A stretch of 64,000 bases of DNA from a virus (Duplodnaviria; Caudoviricetes). Below are positions 20,552 to 31,126 of the stretch, in pieces; positions within the stretch are counted from its first letter, which is position 1, and the number at the start of each line of letters is the position of its first letter. Where the stretch lies: IMG/VR virus record IMGVR_UViG_3300025713_000650, positions 83,640-147,639 of that record; one strand, written 5' to 3'. Both the position numbers and the translations under genes were made by a program. The notes under the pieces were generated by a model, which saw only the letters and a list, made by a program, of their open reading frames with translations, ran no database searches and had not been told where the DNA came from.

Positions 20552-22000
20552 TTAAAATTCATTTTCAATCAACTTTTTCATTTTTTCAAAATAATGATCT
20601 AATTTACCTGAAAAGAATAAAACAAAAAATTCAATTATATCTACTTCAATTTTACTTAAAGGTATACCATCTAATTTTTTTCCATTTAATATATCTGTAA
20701 ATTTTATTCTTGTGGTCTTACCTATAAAATTAGCTAACATATTTGCTAACAGAATTTTAGAATTAAACCCAAGAAAATTTTTATATTGATCTGATAAATT
20801 AATAAAAAATTCTAAATTTTTTAATTTATAAGAAGTGGATACTTGGTGTACTTTTTCTCTAGGATAATATGATAAAATATTAAAAATAGAATGATACTTA
20901 TCACCAAATATTTTAAATAATAATTTTTGAATATATAATGATAAAATAATAGCATGATCCGGTGGTAATGTCTTCATGTGATTATAAGGAATACCTGTTA
21001 CCTTTGATAAAATAGGATATACTAAAAAATTACAAAATGGTGAAATGTGTTTTACTTTTTCAAGTCTTTGTTGTAATTGAACTACAAATTTTTCAGAATC
21101 ATTTTTATTTTCATCTTCTTCAAATGTAATAGGAATGGGTTCTAGTTGTGTATGAATTTTATCATATGCTATACCTTTTAATCTTCCTAATGTATCATTA
21201 TAACAATAAGTTCTTAGATTATCAACATTTACACTTTGAATATCTTCTGTTGAAACAGAATCATCATATATAACAGAACTTTTATAAATTGATCTAAGAA
21301 ACCATCTAACAGATTCATCAATAACTGTAACAAAATAAATAATAGGATTTCTATCTTCATTACATAAAACTATTATATTATTCATTATAAAATTAAAAAT
21401 ATGAATTACATGTAGATCAATAGTTTTACATTGAACCATTTTAATATAATCCCACATATATTTATCAGTCTGATTATATCTATATGTTTTAGTTTTAACA
21501 ATATTAAATATTTTATATGTTAAATCTTTTGTGATATCTGATGCAATTAGATTATATATTATTTTATTACTTCTTTTATCTAACATAAAATCTTCACAAT
21601 TTGAAATAAACGAATAAATTTTTAGATAAGAAGAAAATCTAATAATTTTTTCAATTTCATCTTCTAAAAATAAAATACTATTCTTTTTAGCTTTAGTTTC
21701 ATCAACAAATTTAGAAAGATCAATATTAATAAAATCAATATATTTATCTGCAAATTTTTTAATATTTTCTATATTATCTTCTAATATTTTAAATCTATTA
21801 TCTGATCTTGAATATTCACTTAAAAATGAAATAAACCATTCATCAAAGCCTTCAATATTTTTAGATATATTTTCAATAAATTCAGTAATAATATTAAATT
21901 TATTTGTAACTGTTGATGTTATCAAATTAATATTCATAAACAATTCATTATTATTATATATCCCAACATTCTTTTTGTTCTCTATTGTAAATGTAATCAA
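20552..22000 (-). CDS. Hypothetical helical protein, candidate RNAP specificity factor
   Basis: 482-aa ORF with GGAGG SD near the RNAP genes; function inferred only from position and size. Confidence 0.55.
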   Translation of the reverse strand: MITFTIENKKNVGIYNNNELFMNINLITSTVTNKFNIITEFIENISKNIEGFDEWFISFLSEYSRSDNRFKILEDNIENIKKFADKYIDFINIDLSKFVDETKAKKNSILFLEDEIEKIIRFSSYLKIYSFISNCEDFMLDKRSNKIIYNLIASDITKDLTYKIFNIVKTKTYRYNQTDKYMWDYIKMVQCKTIDLHVIHIFNFIMNNIIVLCNEDRNPIIYFVTVIDESVRWFLRSIYKSSVIYDDSVSTEDIQSVNVDNLRTYCYNDTLGRLKGIAYDKIHTQLEPIPITFEEDENKNDSEKFVVQLQQRLEKVKHISPFCNFLVYPILSKVTGIPYNHMKTLPPDHAIILSLYIQKLLFKIFGDKYHSIFNILSYYPREKVHQVSTSYKLKNLEFFINLSDQYKNFLGFNSKILLANMLANFIGKTTRIKFTDILNGKKLDGIPLSKIEVDIIEFFVLFFSGKLDHYFEKMKKLIENEF

Positions 22001-22077
22001 AGTAAACCTCCATGTGTCTTTTTAATTACATATATATAATAATAAGGCTGATATAATGGAATTTTTCTAAATGATTT

Positions 22078-22788
22078 TTAAAATTGAAGATTAGATTTGA
22101 ATGAATCAACAACAGAAGAAAGATTAGAATCTATATTATCAAATACATTATTAGTTTCAAGAATTAAATTTGTAAAATTATCAATTTTTGATTGATCTGA
22201 AATACCAACATCACCCAATATATTTGATATTGAAAGATTTCCTTCACTATCCATTTTACATTCTGTTAAAATAGATTGAAATATATTTATTTTTTCTTGA
22301 ATATTTTGATCACAAAGTGTATTTATACAAGTAATTATTTTACTTGTACCATCTATTAATTCTTTAAAACCTTGTGTCTTTATTTTTGACACAATTTCGT
22401 TATACATTTTAACACCGTCAAATTCAGGAAGGTTATCACAAATATTAGACATAAAATCAACAGCTTTTTGTTTTATAGGATCTGATAAATTTTTGACTAA
22501 AGCTATAGGTGATTGATATATAGTCTCTGATAAAAAATTACATTCATTTATCATATCTATGATTTCATCAGTTTCATCGGATTCAGGAATCATTTCCGAA
22601 TAATTATTATTTATAGATGATATTGCATTATTAACATCATTATCTGCTGACCATTGTATATTTGCTAATTTATCAACTAATTTATCGTTTAAATTTATAA
22701 TAGAAGATTTAGCTCTATTTAAACTTGAAATATTTGAATCTAATAAAGTGCCCAATTTTGAACATATTCCTATTTTATATAATCCCAT
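22078..22788 (-). CDS. Hypothetical protein, possibly baseplate-associated
   Basis: ORF directly downstream of the gp5-like gene. Confidence 0.55.
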   Translation of the reverse strand: MGLYKIGICSKLGTLLDSNISSLNRAKSSIINLNDKLVDKLANIQWSADNDVNNAISSINNNYSEMIPESDETDEIIDMINECNFLSETIYQSPIALVKNLSDPIKQKAVDFMSNICDNLPEFDGVKMYNEIVSKIKTQGFKELIDGTSKIITCINTLCDQNIQEKINIFQSILTECKMDSEGNLSISNILGDVGISDQSKIDNFTNLILETNNVFDNIDSNLSSVVDSFKSNLQF

Positions 22789-22790
22789 AA

Positions 22791-23741
22791 TTAATCTCTT
22801 TCACCAATTGGATTTACTGAATCTGCATCAGTTGCTTCATTAGCATCATTTGCTTGACCCATCATATCGTTTATTATAGAACCATCTGAATTTAGAGGAC
22901 CACCCGCTTTATAATTACTCATCCCATCCGATTTACAATTTAAATTTGAAGAAGATTTGATATTTATATCATTAGCCGATTGAATATTAACATTACTCAT
23001 AGATTTAACATTTATATCATCTGATGATTGAATATTAATACTTTCTTTACTTTTTAATGAAATTCCATTTTCAGATTCAAATAAAATTTTTCCTTTAGAA
23101 GAGATTTCAATATCGCTTTCCATTTTGATGAATAGTTTTTGATTTTCTATATCAAAATTTATATAATCTCCCTTATGTGTACGTATTAAAATCTTTTCTT
23201 TTCCTTGTCTTTCATCTAATAAAATAGTTGTTTGGTTCCCATCAATTTCATATACAGATTCTAAATCTCCACTTGGGGGTTCTTTTAATTTTCTTTTTTT
23301 ACCAGTTATTTCAACTCTACAATCAAAAGGATCATCTGATACTACAATACAGCGTCCTTCAGATGATTTAAACAAAACCCATTTATCTTCATAATTTTCT
23401 CCAATTTGACATTCTGGTAAAACTTTCTCTTTTTGAAGATTTAATGCTGCAAAATAATATGGTTTATTAGGATTGCCATTTTCAAAAAAAATTAAAACAA
23501 ATGAATTTTTCCTTGGGATTAAACAAGAACCATAATAAGATGATTCATTATTTCCACTTTCTTTATTTAATCCACCTATAGCATTATTTGCAGGAGCTGC
23601 CCATAAACCCTCTTGTCTACTTATTTTTGGCATTATATCTGGAATCCATACTTTAATTCTTCCAAATTTTTTAGGATCTTTATTATCAACAACCTCTGCT
23701 CTAAAAAATCCATATAAATTCAAAGATTTATCTTCAAACAT
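22791..23741 (-). CDS. Baseplate hub/spike protein (gp5/VgrG OB-fold plus beta-helix repeats)
   Basis: RAEVVDNKDPKKFGRIKVWIP, IPRKNSFVLIFFENGNPNKPYY, INIQS/INVKS repeats. Confidence 0.85.
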   Translation of the reverse strand: MFEDKSLNLYGFFRAEVVDNKDPKKFGRIKVWIPDIMPKISRQEGLWAAPANNAIGGLNKESGNNESSYYGSCLIPRKNSFVLIFFENGNPNKPYYFAALNLQKEKVLPECQIGENYEDKWVLFKSSEGRCIVVSDDPFDCRVEITGKKRKLKEPPSGDLESVYEIDGNQTTILLDERQGKEKILIRTHKGDYINFDIENQKLFIKMESDIEISSKGKILFESENGISLKSKESINIQSSDDINVKSMSNVNIQSANDINIKSSSNLNCKSDGMSNYKAGGPLNSDGSIINDMMGQANDANEATDADSVNPIGERD

Positions 23742-23744
23742 TCT

Positions 23745-24695
23745 TTATTTAGCCTTTAATATTATTTTTGAGATTTCTAATATTATATTATATTCTTCTT
23801 CATTATATTCTGAAATTCTTTTAGTAATCATGTTTGAACCCGGAATATTTGAGGCTAAAAAAATAGAAACAAATCTTGCTAGATCTTCAAACATTGGAAA
23901 AATATTTACATTTGGAAAATATTTATATATACTTCTTAAAAATAAATATTTATTCATTCCAGGCATTACTTGTATTTCTGATAAACAATCTAATAAATCA
24001 TCAAATTTTTTAAAATTATATCTTTGAATTATATCTTTATCTTCATTATAATCAAATGGAGCAAATGATAAAGATAATCTTTTAGCAGTATTAAAACTTA
24101 AACCAAAAAATGAAATATAAATATATACTCCTATTAAAAATTTCATCTTGATAATTTGATGGGAATACCTTCCGATCAACCCATATTGTCTACCAAATAA
24201 TCTAAGAAACATACTTGTTAAAAAATTTATAATTGGCGATGCAAATGAAGATTTAACATTAATTCTTTTAGTTACAGCATTTTTTAAAATAAGAGAACCA
24301 GCTAAACACGCATATATATTTAAAGGATTTGGTTTAGTTGGGCTTACAGTTTCAACACCAAAAGGAAATAAATTAATTAAAAGTTGATTAGTTTTTTTAT
24401 TAAATGAATAATTTAATGGATAACTTGGTAAATAGACAACACAAAATAAATTTATATTTTTTAAAATTTTTGAAATATAATTATATGAAAAATGGTTAAT
24501 AGAATGTTCAAGCATTAAAATAGTATTCTTTACAATAACATTACCATTTTTAACTTTTCTTTTTTCAATTTCTGATTTATTCAAATATAAAATATTATCA
24601 ACATCTTTAATTAAAACAAATTTATCATTAATCTGCATATTACCATTCAACCTCATCTGTTGTTGAATTTGAATATTTATCTCTACATATTTCAA
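23745..24695 (-). CDS. Hypothetical protein (true start probably 24638, MQINDK)
   Basis: Long ORF in operon. Confidence 0.6.
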   Translation of the reverse strand: MKYVEINIQIQQQMRLNGNMQINDKFVLIKDVDNILYLNKSEIEKRKVKNGNVIVKNTILMLEHSINHFSYNYISKILKNINLFCVVYLPSYPLNYSFNKKTNQLLINLFPFGVETVSPTKPNPLNIYACLAGSLILKNAVTKRINVKSSFASPIINFLTSMFLRLFGRQYGLIGRYSHQIIKMKFLIGVYIYISFFGLSFNTAKRLSLSFAPFDYNEDKDIIQRYNFKKFDDLLDCLSEIQVMPGMNKYLFLRSIYKYFPNVNIFPMFEDLARFVSIFLASNIPGSNMITKRISEYNEEEYNIILEISKIILKAK

Positions 24696-25020
24696 TTATT
24701 GCACTCATTGATGGAATTATAATTGTATTTAAATCAAAATCTTCTGCACAAGCTATATTATTAACTCTCATTAAAAGAAAATCTAAATTTGTTACTTTAT
24801 ATTTATCATATGATAAGTATGATGGTTTATATCTATATTTTATATCAAAATTTTCAATTTTTGAATTTTTAAGTAAGAAAAATAGATTTTTTTCGATTAC
24901 CCACAAAGATGGAGATGTAAATTTAAATAAATTATTTTTTGTTTTAAATCTCTCGCTAAAATTATCAATATCAAATGGATATCTTGATTGAATTCTAGCT
25001 TCATCTTCAATTGTTATCAT
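24640..25020 (-). CDS. Baseplate wedge protein, gp53/LysM-like
   Basis: YRYKPSYLSYDKY...LDFLLMRVNNI...IIIP resembles the T4 gp53-like RPDxxSxxxYG...xxxNNI pattern. Confidence 0.6.
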   Translation of the reverse strand: MITIEDEARIQSRYPFDIDNFSERFKTKNNLFKFTSPSLWVIEKNLFFLLKNSKIENFDIKYRYKPSYLSYDKYKVTNLDFLLMRVNNIACAEDFDLNTIIIPSMSAIIEICRDKYSNSTTDEVEW

Positions 25021-25033
25021 ATTATTATATCCC

Positions 25034-25648
25034 CTAACCTACAGCTAAACCTGGATAATTGTCTTTATTCCAAGAATAATTGGGATTATCTTCTAATTTT
25101 ATAGATATCTTTTGCATAATATTATTAATATCATCTTCATCTAAATATTTCATATAATGTTGCATAAAATAGTTATAATCACCCCTAATATATTCAATAG
25201 GAATATTTAAAAAACCATTATGAAATTTTTCATGTAATGAATCTATAAGAGGTGTATAACCAATTTTATCCATATAATGAAGTTCAATTACTTCTTGACA
25301 AATTTCAAATGTTGTAAATTTTTCTTCGGTATCCATTCTTTTATTAATTATAGATTTAACAAGTGTAAATAAATCAGGTATGTGATGATGGATAGATACT
25401 GAAGTTTCACCTATTATTTCTTCTGTTAAAACACATTTAGTAACACCAAGAACATCTCTAAGATATTCTCTCCAATGTTTATATTCAATAGAACCTCTTA
25501 CCAATTTTTCACAATTTCTAATAAAAGATACGTAATCTTTCTCATTTTCAAATGAATTACACTTTAAAGATAAAGAAAAAGGATATTCATCAGAATGTAA
25601 TATTTTTTCTTCTGTATTACTTTTTATAATATTTAGATCAATATCCAT
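25034..25648 (-). CDS. Hypothetical protein, possible HNH-like fold
   Basis: EYKHWREY..CVLT..IHHH..HEKFH arrangement. Confidence 0.45.
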   Translation of the reverse strand: MDIDLNIIKSNTEEKILHSDEYPFSLSLKCNSFENEKDYVSFIRNCEKLVRGSIEYKHWREYLRDVLGVTKCVLTEEIIGETSVSIHHHIPDLFTLVKSIINKRMDTEEKFTTFEICQEVIELHYMDKIGYTPLIDSLHEKFHNGFLNIPIEYIRGDYNYFMQHYMKYLDEDDINNIMQKISIKLEDNPNYSWNKDNYPGLAVG

Positions 25649-25650
25649 TT

Positions 25651-26898
25651 TTAGTCACATTCTCCTTTAAGACAAGGAAAATTTAAAGATCCATATTTTT
25701 CAACTAACTCTTTTATATAGGATTCAGAAAAGAACTTTTTAGAACTTTGTTTTGAAGAAAAATACGGTGCTGTTGATTTTCTTAATTCTTCTAAATCTTT
25801 ATAAACATTCATTGCATCTCTACCAAGTCCCGAATAAATAAAAGAATAAGGTATTACATTACATAAACCATTAAATTCTCTCATACAGAATATAGCTCTT
25901 TTTCCAACATCATCAGCAGCAACAATAGATTTCCACCCCATAGCAAATAACTGGTCTATTCCTCCAGCATCAGCAAAAAATGAATCATCTTTAATTTCAT
26001 TATAATTTAATAATAAAAATGGTGTTTCATTAAAAACAGATTTTCCTTTTAAAATATCATGTACAGGATCACCTTTTAAAGAAGACATTGTAATACCAAA
26101 GAATCTTAAAAGTGGAGATATTCTTGATATAACATTATAAAAAAGTGATCTCTGAAAATTTCTACTTGTTGCTTTAATAACTTTTTTAACGCCTTTCATA
26201 TCTTTATCTTTTAACATTTGATGGACAAATATTTTAGCATTTGTTACAGGATATGCGGCTACTTTAATACCAATAACATGAGTTCCATGTTCCCCAGAGA
26301 TTGTTGTCCATGTTGGTTCTAACGATGTTGATACGTTTAAAGTTGGTGATTTAATTTCTGGAGGTTTCACATATTTCTTTTTATCATTATCATCCTTTGT
26401 CAATTCATTTATTGTTATTCTTTCGTATTCTTTTTCTGATTTTTCTGATTTTCCTGTAATTCCTGTAATACTATCAATTAAGTCTTGATCAACATTTCCA
26501 CTCGAAAACTCTTTTTTAAAATGTTCCAAATCTTTAAAACCTTTTTGTAATATTTCATCTTCAAATTTTTCTGAAAACTCATCCAAAGTCACGACATGTT
26601 TATTGTCTGCCTCAGATAATAATATTTTAGATTTATCATAATTATTTTTATTCGCTCTGACTAGAGCTTTTACAATTTTTTTATTGCCAAATTTTGAAGA
26701 CAGATAATTTGTAATCATAATCTCTGTAGCGCCAGCAACCATTCTAACTACTTTTCCAGATGGTGCATATCCTCCAATTTTCGTTAATTTATCAAGTCTA
26801 TATATCATTAAATATTTTTCAATTGTTTTACACACACCTGAAATAATTGTAGGTGATAATGAATTATCTGCAATTAAAGGAAATATCAATATACTCAT
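25651..26898 (-). CDS. Hypothetical protein, possible virion protein
   Basis: 415-aa ORF; LSE/FSE motifs like head-protease sites. Confidence 0.55.
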   Translation of the reverse strand: MSILIFPLIADNSLSPTIISGVCKTIEKYLMIYRLDKLTKIGGYAPSGKVVRMVAGATEIMITNYLSSKFGNKKIVKALVRANKNNYDKSKILLSEADNKHVVTLDEFSEKFEDEILQKGFKDLEHFKKEFSSGNVDQDLIDSITGITGKSEKSEKEYERITINELTKDDNDKKKYVKPPEIKSPTLNVSTSLEPTWTTISGEHGTHVIGIKVAAYPVTNAKIFVHQMLKDKDMKGVKKVIKATSRNFQRSLFYNVISRISPLLRFFGITMSSLKGDPVHDILKGKSVFNETPFLLLNYNEIKDDSFFADAGGIDQLFAMGWKSIVAADDVGKRAIFCMREFNGLCNVIPYSFIYSGLGRDAMNVYKDLEELRKSTAPYFSSKQSSKKFFSESYIKELVEKYGSLNFPCLKGECD

Positions 26899-26928
26899 TT
26901 TAAATGTTTCTCCATTATATTTAATTTT

Positions 26929-27783
26929 TTATAACAAAAATATCACTTCTTCTTTATTCTCTAATTTATTTATACTTTTCTTTTCATCACTTAAACAATA
27001 ATTTTTATATAAACAATATTCACAATCATTTTTATTATTTGATTTTTCAGGTAATTTGTTATTTTCAAGACATTTATGTAAATCTAATGCCTTTTCTAAA
27101 AATGATATACCTATTTTTTCATCATATTTATAATCAAATGAAATAGGATCTTTTCTAAAATTATCTCTTATATAATAAATAATAGTTATTGTATCAATCC
27201 TATAATTGTATTCATTATTTAAAATATATGCTCCAATACTACATTGTTGTAAATGTTTTATATTAAATGCATTTTTAATATTTTTTTGATCTACTGGTTT
27301 AATTTCATATAAAAAATTATTTTTTATTGCATCAACACGTCCTTTTGTTTTATAATTTTCGCTTATAATAGTCTTTTCAATTTCAGTAAAATCATAATTA
27401 TCTTGAATAAATTTATGATTTGTATTACCTATTTCTGCCGCTAATCCTAAATAAACAAAATTAAAAGAATTCCTTAAATCTATATCATATTTTTTTCGTT
27501 CATAATAAATTCTTCTTGGACATTCTAATAATTCTGTTATAGATATATTAGGTCTATCATAATTTTGTTTTCTAATATGTTCATTTATCAATTCTTGTTT
27601 TAATCTACTTTTGAATTGTTTTACATCAAAACCATTGGTAGTATTTAATTCTTTATATTTAGTAGAATATTCTTCTAATTGATTAATGTCATTTAATAAA
27701 TCATTAGTATCTTTTTTATTATCATCAATAAATTTAATTAATTGATCAAACTCATTTGATTTTTGAGTCAAATTATTCTCCAA
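26929..27783 (-). CDS. Cas4-like PD-(D/E)XK exonuclease
   Basis: SITELLECPR, GRVDAI, YEIK, QxxxxAY, C-terminal CEYCLYKNYC Fe-S ligands. Confidence 0.8.
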   Translation of the reverse strand: MENNLTQKSNEFDQLIKFIDDNKKDTNDLLNDINQLEEYSTKYKELNTTNGFDVKQFKSRLKQELINEHIRKQNYDRPNISITELLECPRRIYYERKKYDIDLRNSFNFVYLGLAAEIGNTNHKFIQDNYDFTEIEKTIISENYKTKGRVDAIKNNFLYEIKPVDQKNIKNAFNIKHLQQCSIGAYILNNEYNYRIDTITIIYYIRDNFRKDPISFDYKYDEKIGISFLEKALDLHKCLENNKLPEKSNNKNDCEYCLYKNYCLSDEKKSINKLENKEEVIFLL

Positions 27784-28330
27784 TAATTATACTTGTTTCT
27801 ATAAGATTATCTCTTATAGTTTTATATGCCTCTTCTAATACTCCACCTTTCCATGAATTAAGATTTTTATAATCTTTAGTTTCACGAATAGCTTTTGCAA
27901 TAATAATATTATCAATAGCTACTGAAAATGCCTTCCTTTTAATTTCTTCTTGAATAACATCATTTAAATCTTGCTTTTCATCATTTTTTAATGATCTACT
28001 TACTTCTTCTGTTAATGATTTCTTACCATTTTTTGTATTTAAAATCTTTTTAGTATTTTCAATTGCTATTTTTGCAGATATTTTTGAAGATTCAACTAAA
28101 TCAGAAATTTCATTAATGTCTACATCTTCTGGATTATGGTTTATAAAATCATACATCTCAATTACTATTGAAAAAAGCATACCTTTTGTACTTAAATAAT
28201 CTTCCTTTAAAAATGGACAACATGTTTCAACTTCATCAATTGGTTTACCAAAGAAAATATAATCTAAAGCCTTGAAGTTTTCAAGAATTCTTTTCTTAGA
28301 ACTATTTTTTAACATCGGAATAATCTCCAT
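27773..28330 (-). CDS. Hypothetical protein
   Basis: ORF in operon. Confidence 0.6.
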   Translation of the reverse strand: MEIIPMLKNSSKKRILENFKALDYIFFGKPIDEVETCCPFLKEDYLSTKGMLFSIVIEMYDFINHNPEDVDINEISDLVESSKISAKIAIENTKKILNTKNGKKSLTEEVSRSLKNDEKQDLNDVIQEEIKRKAFSVAIDNIIIAKAIRETKDYKNLNSWKGGVLEEAYKTIRDNLIETSIIIGE

Positions 28331-28619
28331 GTATTTTTTTATTGATTATTACATTATCACTCTCTATAATTTCTACAGAAATATTTTTAGAATCCTGTGG
28401 AAACTGAGTATTTTTAAATGCTAAAGTTAAAACTTTAATTGATTCGATTGTTCTTCCCTTTCTTCCAATGACCTTACCACAATCTTCTTTTGCAGTTTTA
28501 ATTTGAACTAGAATAGTCTTTGTAGAAATTGAAACTTCAATATTAACATCATTCTTTTTATCAACAAGATTTTCAACTAGGTCTCCCACAAATGTTTTTA
28601 CTTTTTCCTGTATGCTCAT
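28302..28619 (-). CDS. khpA: KH-domain RNA-binding protein, KhpA/YlqC-like
   Basis: LVD..DV.I, EDCGKVIGRKGRTI GxxG loop. Confidence 0.8.
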   Translation of the reverse strand: MSIQEKVKTFVGDLVENLVDKKNDVNIEVSISTKTILVQIKTAKEDCGKVIGRKGRTIESIKVLTLAFKNTQFPQDSKNISVEIIESDNVIINKKIHGDYSDVKK

Positions 28620-28685
28620 TAAAATTCTCCTGTTTTATACTATTTTATAATAGAAATTTAATTTTAAATTTGTTCCAAATAAAAA

Positions 28686-30056
28686 CTAAAATCCAAGATC
28701 AGGATTATATTTTTCTTTTATTTCTACTTTAATACAATCTTCAATCTCTCTATCAAAAGCTTCTTTAAATGATTCATCTGTATTATATAAATTTTCAGCT
28801 TCAACAGTTCTAAATTTTTTACTAGTATATGATGCTAAACTATTCCACGCACCTGTATTTATTCTTTTGTTCTCAGCTAAGAAAACATAATTTGTCCAAA
28901 AATTACTAAAACCAGTAACAAAATTTCCTACGATAATTGTTTTAATATTTGGTGTAAATAACTTATTCTTTACTAATTTTATTTCACACATAATTCCATC
29001 AAAACCATATTTTGTTTTATCTAAAGTTGATTTAACTTTCATATCAACTAATTGAAATGTATTAAATCTTGCTGTATTTCCACCAGGAATTGTCTTTCCT
29101 TGTCTCATAAAATTCAATTCTTTTGCTTCTTGAAAAGGACCAATTTTAATCGAATCTCTTAACTGATTAACAACAAGAAATAAAATATTATAATGACTTA
29201 ATTTACTAATATATTTAGGTATCAAAATTGATAACAAACGACTTTTATATCCAATAACTGAATTAATGTCTGTTGCTTCTCTTTCTTTTTCACTTAATGT
29301 ATTTGCAAGAGAATCAAGAACAACAATAGAAGGTTGATCAATAATTTCCTTTAATTCTTTAAATGAACATAAACCTTCTATAAATTTAAATGTTTTTTCA
29401 ATCGTTATATTTGTATATGGCCTTATTTTCGGATACCTTACACCAAGATTTGATAATCTTATTGTCGTTGTTGCCTCTTCTGAATCCAAATATGCTGCTA
29501 TAAGATTTCCTTTGTATTTCAATTGACCTGATCCGACTGTTTGCATTGATAACATTGATTTACCGCATCCAGGAAAACCAACAACCATACCCATTGTTCC
29601 AATTGCAAAACCACCCCCAAGAACTGCATCTAATAAATCAATGCCTGTTGAGATTGTATTTTTTATACCCGCATCTTCAATTATACCTGTCTTATTTTGT
29701 ACAAATGATGAAAATTCAGAATAAAGTTCTTTTATTTCAGAAGAAGACTTCTCAATTATTTCTTTATCACTCATCTCATTAACTTCATCTGGTGTCGGTA
29801 AATCTTTTTTAGGTTTACTTTTTTTATATTTCTTAATATCATCTTCTGTAATATTAACTTTTAAATCAGATAAAGTTTTATTTACTTCTTCCTTAATTAC
29901 ATCTGAATCAATAATTGATTCAAATTCTTCTTCTAAACTCTCATCAATAACATCTTCTTCTAAACTCTCATCAATAACATCTTCTTCTAAACTCTCATCA
30001 ATAACATCTTCTTCATTCTTAATAATAATTTCTTCATTCATTAATTCATCCGACAT
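28686..30056 (-). CDS. RecA/UvsX-like recombinase with acidic N-terminal extension
   Basis: STGIDLLDAVLGGG, GFPGCGKS, YLDSE, VLDSLA, VNQLR, PGG, KNKL. Confidence 0.88.
   Translation of the reverse strand: MSDELMNEEIIIKNEEDVIDESLEEDVIDESLEEDVIDESLEEEFESIIDSDVIKEEVNKTLSDLKVNITEDDIKKYKKSKPKKDLPTPDEVNEMSDKEIIEKSSSEIKELYSEFSSFVQNKTGIIEDAGIKNTISTGIDLLDAVLGGGFAIGTMGMVVGFPGCGKSMLSMQTVGSGQLKYKGNLIAAYLDSEEATTTIRLSNLGVRYPKIRPYTNITIEKTFKFIEGLCSFKELKEIIDQPSIVVLDSLANTLSEKEREATDINSVIGYKSRLLSILIPKYISKLSHYNILFLVVNQLRDSIKIGPFQEAKELNFMRQGKTIPGGNTARFNTFQLVDMKVKSTLDKTKYGFDGIMCEIKLVKNKLFTPNIKTIIVGNFVTGFSNFWTNYVFLAENKRINTGAWNSLASYTSKKFRTVEAENLYNTDESFKEAFDREIEDCIKVEIKEKYNPDLGF
29926..30014. repeat. 27-bp tandem repeat x3.3 (EEDVIDESL)
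   Basis: TCTTCTTCTAAACTCTCATCAATAACA at 29926, 29953, 29980 plus a partial copy. Confidence 0.95.
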
Positions 30057-30426
30057 TATTAATTATCTCCTGTGATTTTATTTTTTTATATTGTTCTACT
30101 ACTTGTACCATTTTTCTAATGTCATTCATATCATCATCTTCACTATTTTTTGGAGATATCTTTCTTCTAAATTCCATTTCATCTTTAATGTTCTTACTTA
30201 TTTCTTTTCTAATATCTAAAATTGCTTTATATAATTCAGTTACTGCTTTAACTTTTTCTTCAAAATATCTCACATATCTATTATCTAAACTATCTGGAAA
30301 TATTTTACCTATTTTATCTTGAAACTTTTTTAATTCTATAATCATTGTTTTAAGCTCTTCACGTTGTTCTTTATATTCTATTAATAAATTTTCAAAATAT
30401 TCTTCATTATATTTTTCATTTTCCAT
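30046..30426 (-). CDS. Hypothetical coiled-coil protein
   Basis: ORF overlapping its neighbours. Confidence 0.6.
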   Translation of the reverse strand: MENEKYNEEYFENLLIEYKEQREELKTMIIELKKFQDKIGKIFPDSLDNRYVRYFEEKVKAVTELYKAILDIRKEISKNIKDEMEFRRKISPKNSEDDDMNDIRKMVQVVEQYKKIKSQEIINNVG

Positions 30427-31126
30427 CTTTTTTTCCCTTAATCATTTCCGTAAATTTTTTTGTTTCAATCATATTTCTCCAACCTTTAACTAACCATTTA
30501 ACAAAAGAATATTTATCTTCATGTTCCCCATAAAATCCACAAGCAAATGGATGTTGTGCCTCAATAAGTGTAAAATCACCTTTATCAGTCATTCCGTAAT
30601 CAATTGCTCCACAATAATTTTTAGGTATTTTAATTTTTAAATCTGGTGCTTTTGGTTCTTCTTCATATTCTTTTATTCCATCATACCACCCAGAAAACAA
30701 AACCTCACCATTAGCAATATAATATCTCCACTCATCAATAAAATTAACAATATCTGAACACCAGAAAGGACCATTCTTCTTTTTTCTTTCTGTTCCATCT
30801 GTAGTAAAACCCGTAAACCTTTTATATCTATCAGCGGGTTTAATAAATACTTTTTGATTAATAGGCCATTCTTCAGTGTACCAAATTTTTCTATTTAAAT
30901 TACAAAATAAAGGATAATAATTAGGAGTAATTATTTTACCGTATATTTTTTGACAAAACTCTAGAGAACCACAAGGAATATAATCTTTATATTTTTCTGC
31001 ATTTTCTAAACCAGATCTAAGGTATGGAATCTTTTCTAAAATACATACTAGAATTACTGATAAAACTTCTCTAGAATTATCATTTACTTCAAAAACAAAA
31101 CCTTTAAATTCACCTAAATCAATCAT
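30416..31126 (-). CDS. ATP-grasp fold protein (DUF4343/R2K-like)
   Basis: VFIKPA..KRFTG, EWRYYI, AIDYG, LIEAQ..ACGFYG. Confidence 0.7.
   Translation of the reverse strand: MIDLGEFKGFVFEVNDNSREVLSVILVCILEKIPYLRSGLENAEKYKDYIPCGSLEFCQKIYGKIITPNYYPLFCNLNRKIWYTEEWPINQKVFIKPADRYKRFTGFTTDGTERKKKNGPFWCSDIVNFIDEWRYYIANGEVLFSGWYDGIKEYEEEPKAPDLKIKIPKNYCGAIDYGMTDKGDFTLIEAQHPFACGFYGEHEDKYSFVKWLVKGWRNMIETKKFTEMIKGKKDGK

Noticed and set aside
27942-27952. 11-nt match to the orphan omegaRNA 16-mer
   Set aside because: Low-complexity A-rich match, expected by chance; the last 5 nt mostly mismatch and there is no TTTAT 5' of it
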